Part shown: one piece after another, positions 9,825 to 19,270 of the stretch
Layout of the letters: every line of letters begins with the position of its first letter
Numbering within the stretch: the stretch's first letter is position 1
Source of the DNA: Dehalococcoidia bacterium
Lineage (GTDB): Bacteria; Chloroflexota; Dehalococcoidia; GIF9; AB-539-J10
DNA: 61,097 nt
Assembly: GCA_030611085.1 (NCBI GenBank)
Contig: JAUWQI010000005.1
Span: 1-61,097 of the forward strand
Direction of reading: 5' to 3'
The notes under the pieces: generated by a model
What the model was told of the DNA's origin: nothing
Databases searched by the model: none
What the model saw: the letters and a program-made list of their open reading frames with translations, nothing else
Position numbers and translations under genes: made by a program

Positions 9825-9913
9825 TTTTCAAACGACCTCACCCCATTGCTAACTTGATTATAACACGAAATCACCTCTGTTTCTTGAAGGGAGAAATTTA
9901 AAGGAGGCATTAT

Positions 9914-11158
9914 TTAGCTTGCTTTTCCTATTTCAGGTGCCTTAAAAGCGAAGCTACAAGCTGCGGCTATAAAAGCCATCGCTGCTCCTATCACGATGGC
10001 TATATCATAGCTTCCCATAGTATCAGAAACATAGCCACCCAGTACTGAGCCAATTGCCCCACCGATACCAGAAGCTAGCATAATCATTCCATAGATGGTG
10101 CCGTGGTATTTTGTGCCAAACCAATCGGCAGTTATCGCAGGAAACAAAGGAACCCAGCTCCCATAGCCAAAGCCAAAGATAACTGAAAAAAGGTAAAATT
10201 GCCATGGCTGTCTTGCTTTAAGTAGCCACAACATCATCACAGCCAACAAAAGGCAAGCAATAAGGAAAGACGCCTTTCTGCCAATCTTATCTGAGGCACT
10301 GCCCATAACTATTCTGCCCAGAACACTAGCTCCCCCCACAAAGCCTAGGATAGTAGCAGCAACCATCGGCGTAATATCAACATCAGTGGCATACGCTTTT
10401 AAATGAACCATTACCAGCTGGACTGTAAAAACAAGGAGGGCACACACTACAAATAAAAGCCAAAATGCCTTTGTTTTAATTGCTTGCTTAGGTGTGAAAT
10501 CAATCATGAATGATAAACTATTATGTTTGCTTCCCTCCACTATCTCCTTTACGCCATCAGGAAGGAGTCCTTTCTCCGAAGGATTAAGCCTCATCAATCG
10601 AGAAATAGGAAGACCTATGACTAAAAGGATACCTGCAATGACTAAATAAGAGGTGCGCCAATCAAATCTAGAGATAAGAAATTGAGCAAAAGGCGCTAAG
10701 GCTAGTGTCCCTATTCCTATCCCAGCCACAGTGATTCCCAATGCCGTCCCTCTCCTTACCGTAAACCAACGAGATACCGTGGAGGTCACGGGCACGAAAC
10801 AAAAACCATTTCCAGTGCCGATTATAACCCCGTAAAACATATAAAGCTCCCAAGGGGCTTTTATAATGGACATCAAAGCATAACCTGCGCTTAAGGCAAT
10901 GATGGAGATGGCAAGTGCGAGCCGGGGCCCGTATTTGTCATTTAGCCTACCGGCTAACAAGTAAGTGATGCTGTGCCAGAACATAAATAAAGCATATGCT
11001 CCCGAGACCATAGTTCTGGTCCAATCTAAATCTCGGCATAGCTCGGTGAGAAAGACGCCGTAGGAATATTGGAAGCCCCACGCCAAAGACAAAATTACGA
11101 AGCCAGCGGCTACTATTACCCATCCGTAGAAAATCCCCGCTCTTGGTTTACTAGTCAT
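9914..11158 (-). CDS. MFS transporter (oxalate/formate-antiporter-like)
   Basis: 414 aa, about 12 hydrophobic segments, MFS motif A GRLNDKYGPR. Confidence 0.75.
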   Translation of the reverse strand: MTSKPRAGIFYGWVIVAAGFVILSLAWGFQYSYGVFLTELCRDLDWTRTMVSGAYALFMFWHSITYLLAGRLNDKYGPRLALAISIIALSAGYALMSIIKAPWELYMFYGVIIGTGNGFCFVPVTSTVSRWFTVRRGTALGITVAGIGIGTLALAPFAQFLISRFDWRTSYLVIAGILLVIGLPISRLMRLNPSEKGLLPDGVKEIVEGSKHNSLSFMIDFTPKQAIKTKAFWLLFVVCALLVFTVQLVMVHLKAYATDVDITPMVAATILGFVGGASVLGRIVMGSASDKIGRKASFLIACLLLAVMMLWLLKARQPWQFYLFSVIFGFGYGSWVPLFPAITADWFGTKYHGTIYGMIMLASGIGGAIGSVLGGYVSDTMGSYDIAIVIGAAMAFIAAACSFAFKAPEIGKAS

Positions 11159-11239
11159 CCTTTGTACAGAGCCAATTTAACTGAGTTGCCATATTAAATT
11201 AACAAGCAGCAAGATAGACTATCTCGGAAAAACAAGTGC

Positions 11240-12496
11240 CTAGGCTATCCCCGGGACTGGGAAACGCTGGCACGTTTCCCTTACTTCTTGGCAAGTTCGC
11301 TCTTGAATATGCTCATCAGCGAGGGAAGAAAGCACTTGAAAAATAAGAGAGGCGGTATGCTTCATCTCTTCAACACCAAAGCCCCTCGTGGTTAGCGCCG
11401 GTGTACCCAATCTAATGCCACTAGTAACGCGTGGTGGCTTAGGGTCAAAGGGAATAGTATTCCTATTTACCAGTATGCCCGCCGCTTCTAGGGCTTCTTC
11501 AGCCTCTCTACCGCTTATCCCCAGAGGGGAAAGGTCAACGAGAACAAGATGGTTGTCCGTACCACCAGAAACAATGCGCATGCCATATCTTTGAAGCTCA
11601 GAGGCTAAAATGCGAGCATTTTCTAGCACAGACTTTTGGTAATTGATAAACTCAGGCTGCATAGCCTCAAAAAAGCATACTGCCTTAGCAGCAATAACAT
11701 GCATCGCGGGGCCGCCCTGCATTCCAGGGAAAACCGCAGCATCAATGGCTCGGGCCAGTTCATTATCACACAAAATAAAGCCGCCTCGTGGGCCTCGCAG
11801 CGTCTTTTGCGTAGTGGAAGTAACTACCTGAGCATAAGATACAGGAGAGGGGTGAAGTCCAGCAGCTATTATCCCCGCTATATGAGCCATATCAGCCAGT
11901 AGCTTAGCACCTACCCTGTCAGCTATATAACGAAATCTTTCAAAATCAATAATGCGGGGATAAGCACTCGCCCCAGCCACAATAAGTTTAGGTTTATGCT
12001 CCAAAGCCAGTTTTTCTATTTCATCATAGTCAAACATCTCTGTTTTAGCATTGACTCCGTAAGGAACAAACTTATACCACTTCCCCGAGAAATTAACCTT
12101 GGACCCATGAGTAAGATGCCCACCATGGCTCAGGCTCATACCCATAACAGTGTCGCCATGCTCCAATAGAACTGAATAAACTGCCATGTTGGCTTGACTG
12201 CCACTATGAGGCTGGACATTGGCATGTTCAGCTCGGAATAGTTTTCTAACTCTCTCAATAGCTAAATTTTCAACTTCATCTACATGAACACAACCACCAT
12301 AATAACGACGTCCTGGGTATCCTTCAGCATATTTATCAGTCATGAGGCAGCCTTGAGCCTCAAGCACTGCCTTATCAGCATGATTCTCCGAGGCAATGAG
12401 ATTTATAGTGTTTGACTGTCTTTCCGCTTCTAACTCCAAAATTTGAGCTACTTTGCTATCACGCTGTGCCAGCAAAGACATCTTCGTTGCTTTCAT
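11240..12496 (-). CDS. glyA: Serine hydroxymethyltransferase
   Basis: 418 aa, with SHGGHLTHG and the PLP-lysine motif [12 protein letters not shown]. Confidence 0.95.
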   Translation of the reverse strand: MKATKMSLLAQRDSKVAQILELEAERQSNTINLIASENHADKAVLEAQGCLMTDKYAEGYPGRRYYGGCVHVDEVENLAIERVRKLFRAEHANVQPHSGSQANMAVYSVLLEHGDTVMGMSLSHGGHLTHGSKVNFSGKWYKFVPYGVNAKTEMFDYDEIEKLALEHKPKLIVAGASAYPRIIDFERFRYIADRVGAKLLADMAHIAGIIAAGLHPSPVSYAQVVTSTTQKTLRGPRGGFILCDNELARAIDAAVFPGMQGGPAMHVIAAKAVCFFEAMQPEFINYQKSVLENARILASELQRYGMRIVSGGTDNHLVLVDLSPLGISGREAEEALEAAGILVNRNTIPFDPKPPRVTSGIRLGTPALTTRGFGVEEMKHTASLIFQVLSSLADEHIQERTCQEVRETCQRFPVPGIA

Positions 12497-12587
12497 TTTT
12501 GTGCATAATACTACTTAATTTCCTTATCAGTCAACAAAAAAGCCTGTGCCCTATTACTAACAGCCCCCTTGCTTCTGTTGCTGTCCA

Positions 12588-12810
12588 GTGAAAATGTCAC
12601 CCCCTACCTAAATGCACTTTAAAAGGTCTGCGCCAAGGATGGTTCGGGCCACGAGCTTCATTCCTCGCCCTGAGCACTGGAGCCTCTAGCGGGGCTGGTT
12701 TGGTAGCCAGGCAGTCTTCCTGGTAATATACCGCCAAACTGCCATCCAGCTTCTCATGCACCTCTCATAGGGTGACATTTTCGCTTAACAGTTAAGGGGT
12801 GACAAAATCG
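12588..12810. other. ~200-nt element closed by a 15-17-bp terminal inverted repeat; a structured RNA or MITE-like element
   Basis: gaaaatgtcaccccctac (12589-12606) is complementary to tagggtgacattttc (12769-12783). Inner complementary pairs are ggatgg/ccatcc and ggcagt/actgcc. There is a partial third copy, ggggtgacaaaatc, at 12796-12809. Confidence 0.45.
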
Positions 12811-12899
12811 TATAACATCAACATCAAACATAATTTTTCTTGACGGAAACTAATAAATAGGATAGGCTATAGGTTCAAATTTAGGGAGGGAAAGGCAAA

Positions 12900-13262
12900 T
12901 TGCAGTGCCGCGGCATCAGAGGTGCCATCACAGTTCCAGTAAATGATAAGCAGAGCATCATAGTTGCAGCTAAAGAACTGCTCGGGGAAATGGTGCAAGC
13001 TAATGGAATTGAAATTGATGATATAGCTACTATACTTTTCACTACCACCCCAGACCTAAATGCCGAGTTCCCTGCAGTAGCAACGCGAGAGTTAGGATGG
13101 TCTCAGCAGCTCGCTTTGCTTTGCGGACATGAAATGAATGTCCCTGATAGCCTAGCTCGGTGTTTGAGAATTTTGATGCTTGTAAATACTGAAAAAGCGG
13201 CTGAGGAAATTACGCATGTTTATTTAGGAGAAGCTAAAAAGTTAAAGCACGTGGAATTTTAG
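12900..13262 (+). CDS. aroH: Chorismate mutase, AroH class
   Basis: 120 aa, TTG start with GGAGGG upstream. N-terminal CRGIRGAITV signature. Confidence 0.8.
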   Translation: MQCRGIRGAITVPVNDKQSIIVAAKELLGEMVQANGIEIDDIATILFTTTPDLNAEFPAVATRELGWSQQLALLCGHEMNVPDSLARCLRILMLVNTEKAAEEITHVYLGEAKKLKHVEF

Positions 13263-13275
13263 ATAGAGGCAAGAC

Positions 13276-14331
13276 ATGATTGTAGTTATGAAAGTCGGCT
13301 ACAGCCGAGATGAAATTGACGGAGTTATTAAACGAATCGAAGGGTCAGGACTAAAGTCACATGTGTCACAAGGCATTGGCCATACTATTATTGGTGTGCT
13401 GGGGCAAACCTTTCCTGAGCTTCACGACACCCTGGAATTGCTCCCCGGAGTAGAACAGGTTGTACCTATTAGCAAGCCCTATAAACTTGCCAGTCGAGAG
13501 TTCCACCCTCAAGACACCATAGTTAAGGTAAATGGCGTTACCATCGGTGGCGATGAAATAGTTATCATGGCCGGACCTTGTGCAGTAGAAAGCGAGGACC
13601 AACTCTTGGCCACAGCTCAAGCAGTCAAAGCATCTGGTGCCAATGTGTTACGAGGCGGTGCCTTCAAACCACGCACTTCACCCTACCAATTCCGTGGATT
13701 GGGAGAAAGAGGACTTAGAATACTAGCAGAGGTGGGAAAGGAAACTGGAATGCCCACCATCACAGAGGTGATGGCGCCAAATGATGTTGAGTTGGTAGCT
13801 GAATATGCCGACATACTCCAGATTGGAGCTCGAAACATGCAGAACTTTATTTTGCTTGATGAGGTGGGAAAATTAAAAAAACCAGTGCTGCTTAAACGAG
13901 GTTTGTCATCCACTATTCAAGAATGGTTATTGGCCGCTGAGTATATTCTGGCTCAGGGGAATGAGCAACTTGTCCTCTGTGAACGAGGTATCAGAACCTT
14001 CGAAACCTATACTCGTAATACTATGGACATTAGTGCTATCCCGGCCATCAAAAAAGTTAGCCATTTGCCCATTATCGCTGACCCCAGTCACGCCACAGGT
14101 AAATGGTATTTGGTAGCTCCTTTGGCACTGGCTGCAGTAGCTGCTGGAGCCAATGGATTGATAATAGAAGTCCACCCCAATCCCGACCAAGCACTTGCTG
14201 ATGGTCCTCAATCACTCACCTTTGATAACTTCCGACGCCTTATGGCTCAATTAACGCCTGTAGCTCAAGCTATGAATAAAAAATTAGCTGTCTCGGGTAC
14301 AAAGGCGGGGATAAACCCCGCCACTACGTAG
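13276..14331 (+). CDS. aroF: 3-deoxy-7-phosphoheptulonate (DAHP) synthase, type I-beta with N-terminal regulatory domain
   Basis: 351 aa, with [20 protein letters not shown] and [11 protein letters not shown]. The last ~10 codons (KAGINPATT) lie in a repeat hairpin. Confidence 0.88.
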   Translation: MIVVMKVGYSRDEIDGVIKRIEGSGLKSHVSQGIGHTIIGVLGQTFPELHDTLELLPGVEQVVPISKPYKLASREFHPQDTIVKVNGVTIGGDEIVIMAGPCAVESEDQLLATAQAVKASGANVLRGGAFKPRTSPYQFRGLGERGLRILAEVGKETGMPTITEVMAPNDVELVAEYADILQIGARNMQNFILLDEVGKLKKPVLLKRGLSSTIQEWLLAAEYILAQGNEQLVLCERGIRTFETYTRNTMDISAIPAIKKVSHLPIIADPSHATGKWYLVAPLALAAVAAGANGLIIEVHPNPDQALADGPQSLTFDNFRRLMAQLTPVAQAMNKKLAVSGTKAGINPATT

Positions 14332-14400
14332 GGTTGGGGCTTGTCCCCGACCCCTGAAGGTAATGATAAGGGATTGCTTCGCTCGTTGCTAACATTACGA
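14304..14400. repeat. Three adjacent hairpin repeats
   Basis: ggcggggataaaccccgccactac (reversed GTAG-type hairpin, 14304-14327); gggttggggcttgtccccgaccc hairpin (14331-14353); reversed TGTCATT-family copy gggattgcttcgctcgttgctaacattac (14371-14399). Confidence 0.75.
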
Positions 14401-14401
14401 T

Positions 14402-15340
14402 ATGAAAGTTGAGCAAGAATTAGCTAACGCAGCTCCCCAAAGGGAAACACTCCTTACCATTGGTGTTTTCGATGGTGTTCACGCAGGGCATCGTTACCTA
14501 TTAGAAAATTTGAAGCGGCGAGCACAGGAGAAAAAATTGCTTAGCGGAGTAGTTACTTTTGACCCTCATCCCCAATCAGTGCTACATCCACAACGAGTTG
14601 TCAGCCATCAGCTATTAGCCATCAGTTTAAAGGATAGGGTTAAGTTCCTTCAAGAACTAGGTATAGCTCCTGTCGTGGTGTTATCTTTCACTTCAGAGCT
14701 GTCTCAATTAAGTGCACGGGAGTTTGTCTCCCTACTGGTAAAACATCTCAGAATGCGTGGCCTTATAATTGGCCCTGACTTCGTTTTAGGACAAGGACGA
14801 GAGGGCAATGCCAAATTGCTTTGCGCATTAGGGGAGGAAATGGGGTTCAGCGTAGAAACCGTAGCCCCCTTTACCATCGACGGTGAACTAGTAAGTAGCA
14901 CTCTTATCCGTCAAGCCCTAGCTCAAGGCAACATGGCAAAGGTGGAAAAGTTAATGGGGCACCATTTCTACCTTGTAGGCAAAGTTACCACTGCAGATAA
15001 ACGTGGTAGGACTTTAGGGTTTCCCACTGCCAACTTAGATATAAAACCACAGCAAGCATTACCAGGCAATGGTGTCTATGCCACTATCGTTCAGGTAAAT
15101 GACAAGCGATTCCCTTCAGCAACCAATATTGGCACTCGCCCCACCTTTGGGAATGGCAAAAATTGGGTGGAAACTCACCTGCTAAATTACGAGGATGATT
15201 TATATGGTAAAGAGATTAGGGTAGAATTTGTGCAGAGATTAAGAGATGAGCGGGGTTTTGCCTCCTCTGAAAAGCTAGCTTCACAAATCGGAAAAGATGT
15301 TCAAGAAGCAGAAGCAATTTTATCTAGAGAATTGAAATGA
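14402..15340 (+). CDS. ribF: Bifunctional riboflavin kinase / FAD synthetase
   Basis: 312 aa, with GVFDGVHAGHRYL and GFPTANL. ATGA overlap with tyrS. Confidence 0.92.
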   Translation: MKVEQELANAAPQRETLLTIGVFDGVHAGHRYLLENLKRRAQEKKLLSGVVTFDPHPQSVLHPQRVVSHQLLAISLKDRVKFLQELGIAPVVVLSFTSELSQLSAREFVSLLVKHLRMRGLIIGPDFVLGQGREGNAKLLCALGEEMGFSVETVAPFTIDGELVSSTLIRQALAQGNMAKVEKLMGHHFYLVGKVTTADKRGRTLGFPTANLDIKPQQALPGNGVYATIVQVNDKRFPSATNIGTRPTFGNGKNWVETHLLNYEDDLYGKEIRVEFVQRLRDERGFASSEKLASQIGKDVQEAEAILSRELK

Positions 15341-16548
15341 TTGATTCTAGATTTAACTTTATACCAAAACGAGGAATGGCTGAAATCATAAGTGAGCCAG
15401 AGTTGGCAAAGCTATTGAAGTCGGGAAGGACTTTGAACTTAAAGCAGGGCTTTGACCCCAGCGCCCCTGACATCCACCTAGGGCACGTAGTCGGTTTGAG
15501 GAAGTTGCGCCAATTTCAAGAGCTAGGGCATAAAGTCACCCTTATAGTCGGTGATTGGACGGCAAGAATTGGCGACCCGAGCGGTCAATCAGCCACCCGC
15601 CCTATGCTCTCCCCCAAAGAGGTGGAAACTAATGCTCAAACTTACCTGAAACAATTCTTTAAGGTGGTGGACAAGACCAAAACAGAGGTAAGGTGGCAAA
15701 GCGAATGGTTTGATAAATTCACCTTAGATGAGGTAATTAAACTCACTAGCAGATTTACTATAGCACAACTTTTAGCCAGGGAAGATTTCAACAAAAGGTA
15801 CAACTCGGGCAATCCTATTTCCCTAGCCGAAATGCTCTATCCTCTGCTCCAAGCTTATGATTCGGTGGTAATTCAAGCCGATGTTGAATTTGGCGGCACT
15901 GACCAGAAATTTAATTGCCTTTTAGGCAGAGAGCTACAGCAGATTATGGGGCAAGCTCCTCAACAAGTTTTCCTCGTTCCTCTCCTCGTTGGCACCGATG
16001 GCAGCCAGAAAATGAGCAAGAGCTTGGGTAATCAAATAGGCATTGATGAGCCTCCCAGGGAAATATACGGCAAAGCGATGTCCCTTCCCGACTCTTTACT
16101 CCTGGATTATTTCGAGTTGGTGACCGATGTCCCAGATGAAGAAATTGCTGAGTTCAGAGAGCAATTGAGTGCTCACTCGCTTAATCCCATGAACCTTAAG
16201 AAAAGACTAGCTTGGGAGATTGTGCAGCAATTTTATGGTAGCCAAAGAGCCGATGAAGCGCAAGAATACTTTGCCAAAGTATTTCAAAGAAAAGAGGTAC
16301 CAGAGGAAATTCTAGGTTTTGTTTTTGATACTAAGTACATTGGAGATGAGCTATACCAGATCAACATTGCTCCAACTTTAGTTAAAGAGGGACTGGTTAA
16401 GAGTAATAGTGAACTAAAGCGCCTGATTGCTCAGGAAGCAATCGAGCTAGATGGTTGTAAGATAAGCAGTAATAATATTACTGCTCACCAGGGCAGCATT
16501 CTTAAGATAGGAAAACGCTGCTTTGTTAAAATAGCTGTCAGTTGTTAG
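15337..16548 (+). CDS. tyrS: Tyrosyl-tRNA synthetase
   Basis: 403 aa. The HIGH-type motif is DIHLGH, KMSKS is present, and there is a C-terminal S4-like domain. Confidence 0.95.
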   Translation: MIDSRFNFIPKRGMAEIISEPELAKLLKSGRTLNLKQGFDPSAPDIHLGHVVGLRKLRQFQELGHKVTLIVGDWTARIGDPSGQSATRPMLSPKEVETNAQTYLKQFFKVVDKTKTEVRWQSEWFDKFTLDEVIKLTSRFTIAQLLAREDFNKRYNSGNPISLAEMLYPLLQAYDSVVIQADVEFGGTDQKFNCLLGRELQQIMGQAPQQVFLVPLLVGTDGSQKMSKSLGNQIGIDEPPREIYGKAMSLPDSLLLDYFELVTDVPDEEIAEFREQLSAHSLNPMNLKKRLAWEIVQQFYGSQRADEAQEYFAKVFQRKEVPEEILGFVFDTKYIGDELYQINIAPTLVKEGLVKSNSELKRLIAQEAIELDGCKISSNNITAHQGSILKIGKRCFVKIAVSC

Positions 16549-16574
16549 CTGATAGCTCTCATAAGGAGGCGAAA

Positions 16575-17654
16575 ATGCAACTACGTATTCCAGGGCCAAC
16601 ACCTTGTCCCCCACAAGCTCTCCAAGCTATGACAATGCAAATGATAAACCATAGAGGCGAGGAATTCAGCGAAATCCTCAACTCAATAACGGGGAAACTA
16701 AAACAGGTATTCCAAACCAAAGGAGACATTCTCCTCCTTACAGCTTCAGGAACTGGCGGCTTGGAGGCAGCCATTGTAAACACCTTGTCGCCCGGCGATA
16801 AAGTGTTGGCTGTCTCCATTGGAGTCTTCGGCGACCGCTTTGCTGATATTGCGGAACAATACGGGGCTGAAGTAAACCGCCTTAATTTTGAATGGGGAAA
16901 ACCGGCTGACCCTGAAGTAATAGGCAAAGCATTAAGAAGCGATGGTGCTATTAAAGCTGTGCTGGTAACCCATAATGAAACATCCACGGGGGTAACTAAC
17001 AGCCTTGGCAAAATAAGCACTATAGTTAAGGAATTTGATAAGCTCCTTCTAGTTGATGCTGTTTCAAGCCTCGGCTGCATCAATTTACCTGTAGATAATT
17101 GGAATTGTGATGTGGTTATAACCGGTTCTCAAAAAGGATGGATGGTTCCACCTGGACTGACAATGGTCAGCATGAACGAAAAGGCATGGCAAGCTTATGC
17201 CCATGCCAAAATGCCAAGATTCTATTGGGATTTTGGCAAAGCCAGAGATTATCTCCAAAAAGGACAAACCCCCTGGACACCGGCTATCTCTACCTGCTAT
17301 GCCATGGATGCTACCTTAGATTTAATGCTAGACGAGGGATTGCCTAATATATTCGCTCGGCATGCCAGAGTGGCCCAACAGGTTAGAGACGGAATAAAAT
17401 CATTGGGATTAGCCCTTTTCCCTCAAGAAGATTATGCTTCTAACACGGTGACGGCAGTAAATGCCTCTGATAAAATTGATGTGCCTAAATTAATCCAGTT
17501 GCTTCGAGATGAATATGATGTGGTTATTGCTGGAGGGCAGAGAAAGCTAGCGGGGAAAATCTTTCGTATCGGCCACCTGGGCTGGGTTAATGATAATGAT
17601 GCTAAGATAGTATTGAAAGCGTTAACCGAGGCTTTGCCAAGAGTTAGAAAATGA
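16575..17654 (+). CDS. Class-V aminotransferase (phosphoserine / serine-glyoxylate aminotransferase type)
   Basis: MQLRIPGPTP start with AGGAGG upstream, at Met-12 of the listed ORF. The PLP lysine lies in TGSQKGWMVPPGL. Adjacent to serA. Confidence 0.82.
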   Translation: MQLRIPGPTPCPPQALQAMTMQMINHRGEEFSEILNSITGKLKQVFQTKGDILLLTASGTGGLEAAIVNTLSPGDKVLAVSIGVFGDRFADIAEQYGAEVNRLNFEWGKPADPEVIGKALRSDGAIKAVLVTHNETSTGVTNSLGKISTIVKEFDKLLLVDAVSSLGCINLPVDNWNCDVVITGSQKGWMVPPGLTMVSMNEKAWQAYAHAKMPRFYWDFGKARDYLQKGQTPWTPAISTCYAMDATLDLMLDEGLPNIFARHARVAQQVRDGIKSLGLALFPQEDYASNTVTAVNASDKIDVPKLIQLLRDEYDVVIAGGQRKLAGKIFRIGHLGWVNDNDAKIVLKALTEALPRVRK

Positions 17655-17663
17655 GGTTAAAAG

Positions 17664-19229
17664 ATGATGAAAGTATTAGTTGCTGACTCCATTGCCAAAG
17701 AAGGAGTAGAGTTCCTTCGCCAATATGCAGAAGTCACTGTTAAAACAGGGTTAACGCCTGAGGAATTGAAAAACGAAGTTGGCGACTATGATGCTCTGAT
17801 TGTGCGCAGCAAGGCTCAAGTACCAGCGGATATCATTGAATCTGGAAAGAAACTCAAAGTAATCGGACGAGCGGGAGTAGGTACGGACAATATTGATATT
17901 GATGCCGCTACTAGAAAAGGCATAGTAGTAGTTAATGCCCCTGCAGGCAACACCGTGTCCGCTGCAGAGCACACTATCGCTCTCATGCTTGCACTGGCAC
18001 GCAATATACCCCAAGCCAACAGTCAGCTTAAATCAGGTAAATGGCAAAAGGAACAACTAGTTGGCACTGAATTAAGAAACAAAACTTTGGGCATTATCGG
18101 CATAGGTAATGTAGGCTCTGAAATAGCCAAACGTGCTCAAGCCTTCGAAATGCGCGTTATCGCCCACGACCCTTTTGTTTCTACAGATTACGCGCGGCAT
18201 CTCAAAGTAGCCTTGGTCTCCCTGGACCAACTTTTTAGAGAAGCTGACTTCATCACTCTCCACGTGCCGTTAACCCAAGCTACTAAGAAATTAATTGGCG
18301 CTAAAGAGTTAGCTAAAATGAAGCCAACAGCCCGAATTATCAATTGTGCCCGAGGTGGATTGATTGACGAAAAAGCATTGCTCTCGGCAATTAAACAGGG
18401 CAAAATAGCAGGTGCCGCCTTCGATGTCTTTAGCCAGGAGCCGGTGACGGATAGTCCCCTATTCAAAGAGGACAGGATAATCGTTACCCCCCACCTGGGA
18501 GCCTCTACAATTGAAGCTCAGACTAAAGTTGCCAAAGACATAGCTGAGCAAGTTCTGACCGTGCTCCAAGGACAATTCAGTAAGTATGCCATTAATGCTC
18601 CTCGCATTTCCCCCGAGCTAATACCATTCATAGATGCAGCTTCGACCATCGGCAGCCTTGGTAGCCAATTAATGGAGGGCCAAATAAGTTCCCTGCATAT
18701 TAAGTATTGTGGCGAAGTTAGCAATTATGACTGCGACCCTCTCAAGACGGCGATTGTTAGCGGTCTATTACAACAAGCAAGTGAGGAAAGAATCAATCTG
18801 GTTAATGTCGGGTTTATTGCTGCTCAACGTGGCTTGAAAATCACCGAAGAAAAAGAGACCGCCTGCCAAAATTACTCCAACTTGCTTACCCTAGCGGTCA
18901 ATACAAATGTGGGAACTACTACTATCTCAGGCACAGTCAGAGATAGCTTAAACCATATCGTTCAGGTTAACGACTTCTGGATGGATATTATGCCCACGGG
19001 AGGTTACTTCCTTTTTTGCAATCATCTCGACCAGCCTGGGCTTGTCGGTGCCATTGGTGGCATAGCTGGCAAAGTTGCTATTAACATCAGTTCTATGCAT
19101 TTATCTCGACTTAAGCTCCGCGGACAGGCACTTATGATTCTGGCCCTGGATGAACCTCTAGCTGAAGAGCAACTACAGGAAATATTGGCAATCTCTGGCA
19201 TTTACACGGCAAAAATAGTAAAGCTGTAA
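17664..19229 (+). CDS. serA: D-3-phosphoglycerate dehydrogenase
   Basis: 521 aa. NAD fold GIIGIGNVGSEIAKR, then ARGGLIDE, and a C-terminal ACT-like region. Confidence 0.92.
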   Translation: MMKVLVADSIAKEGVEFLRQYAEVTVKTGLTPEELKNEVGDYDALIVRSKAQVPADIIESGKKLKVIGRAGVGTDNIDIDAATRKGIVVVNAPAGNTVSAAEHTIALMLALARNIPQANSQLKSGKWQKEQLVGTELRNKTLGIIGIGNVGSEIAKRAQAFEMRVIAHDPFVSTDYARHLKVALVSLDQLFREADFITLHVPLTQATKKLIGAKELAKMKPTARIINCARGGLIDEKALLSAIKQGKIAGAAFDVFSQEPVTDSPLFKEDRIIVTPHLGASTIEAQTKVAKDIAEQVLTVLQGQFSKYAINAPRISPELIPFIDAASTIGSLGSQLMEGQISSLHIKYCGEVSNYDCDPLKTAIVSGLLQQASEERINLVNVGFIAAQRGLKITEEKETACQNYSNLLTLAVNTNVGTTTISGTVRDSLNHIVQVNDFWMDIMPTGGYFLFCNHLDQPGLVGAIGGIAGKVAINISSMHLSRLKLRGQALMILALDEPLAEEQLQEILAISGIYTAKIVKL

Positions 19230-19241
19230 ATCGCTCTAAAC

Positions 19242-19258
19242 CTCCTTCTTGGAAGGAG
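19242..19258. terminator. Hairpin between convergent serA and the DUF1015 gene
   Basis: ctccttc-ttg-gaaggag, a perfect 7-bp stem with no U-tract. Confidence 0.3.
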
Positions 19259-19270
19259 AGGCTAGGTGGG

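Noticed and set aside
12497-12899. Known riboswitch or housekeeping RNA upstream of glyA (ZTP, THF, glycine, T-box, SRP, 6S, RNase P, tmRNA)
   Set aside because: I could not find the diagnostic conserved strings on either strand. Examples are CCGCCTGGGC for ZTP, GUCAGGUCCGGAAGGAAGCAGC for SRP, GAGGAAAGUCC for RNase P, and a tRNA-like end for tmRNA. Only a generic rod-like fold is visible, so it is reported as an unclassified structured element instead.
16559-17083. 174-aa ORF on the - strand
   Set aside because: It is antisense to the class-V aminotransferase gene. It is Ser/Pro/Leu-rich and has no RBS, so it is a shadow ORF. The same reasoning applies to 1807-2115, 7895-8269, 28006-28467, 37127-37543, 42339-42788, 25091-25492 and 25898-26281.
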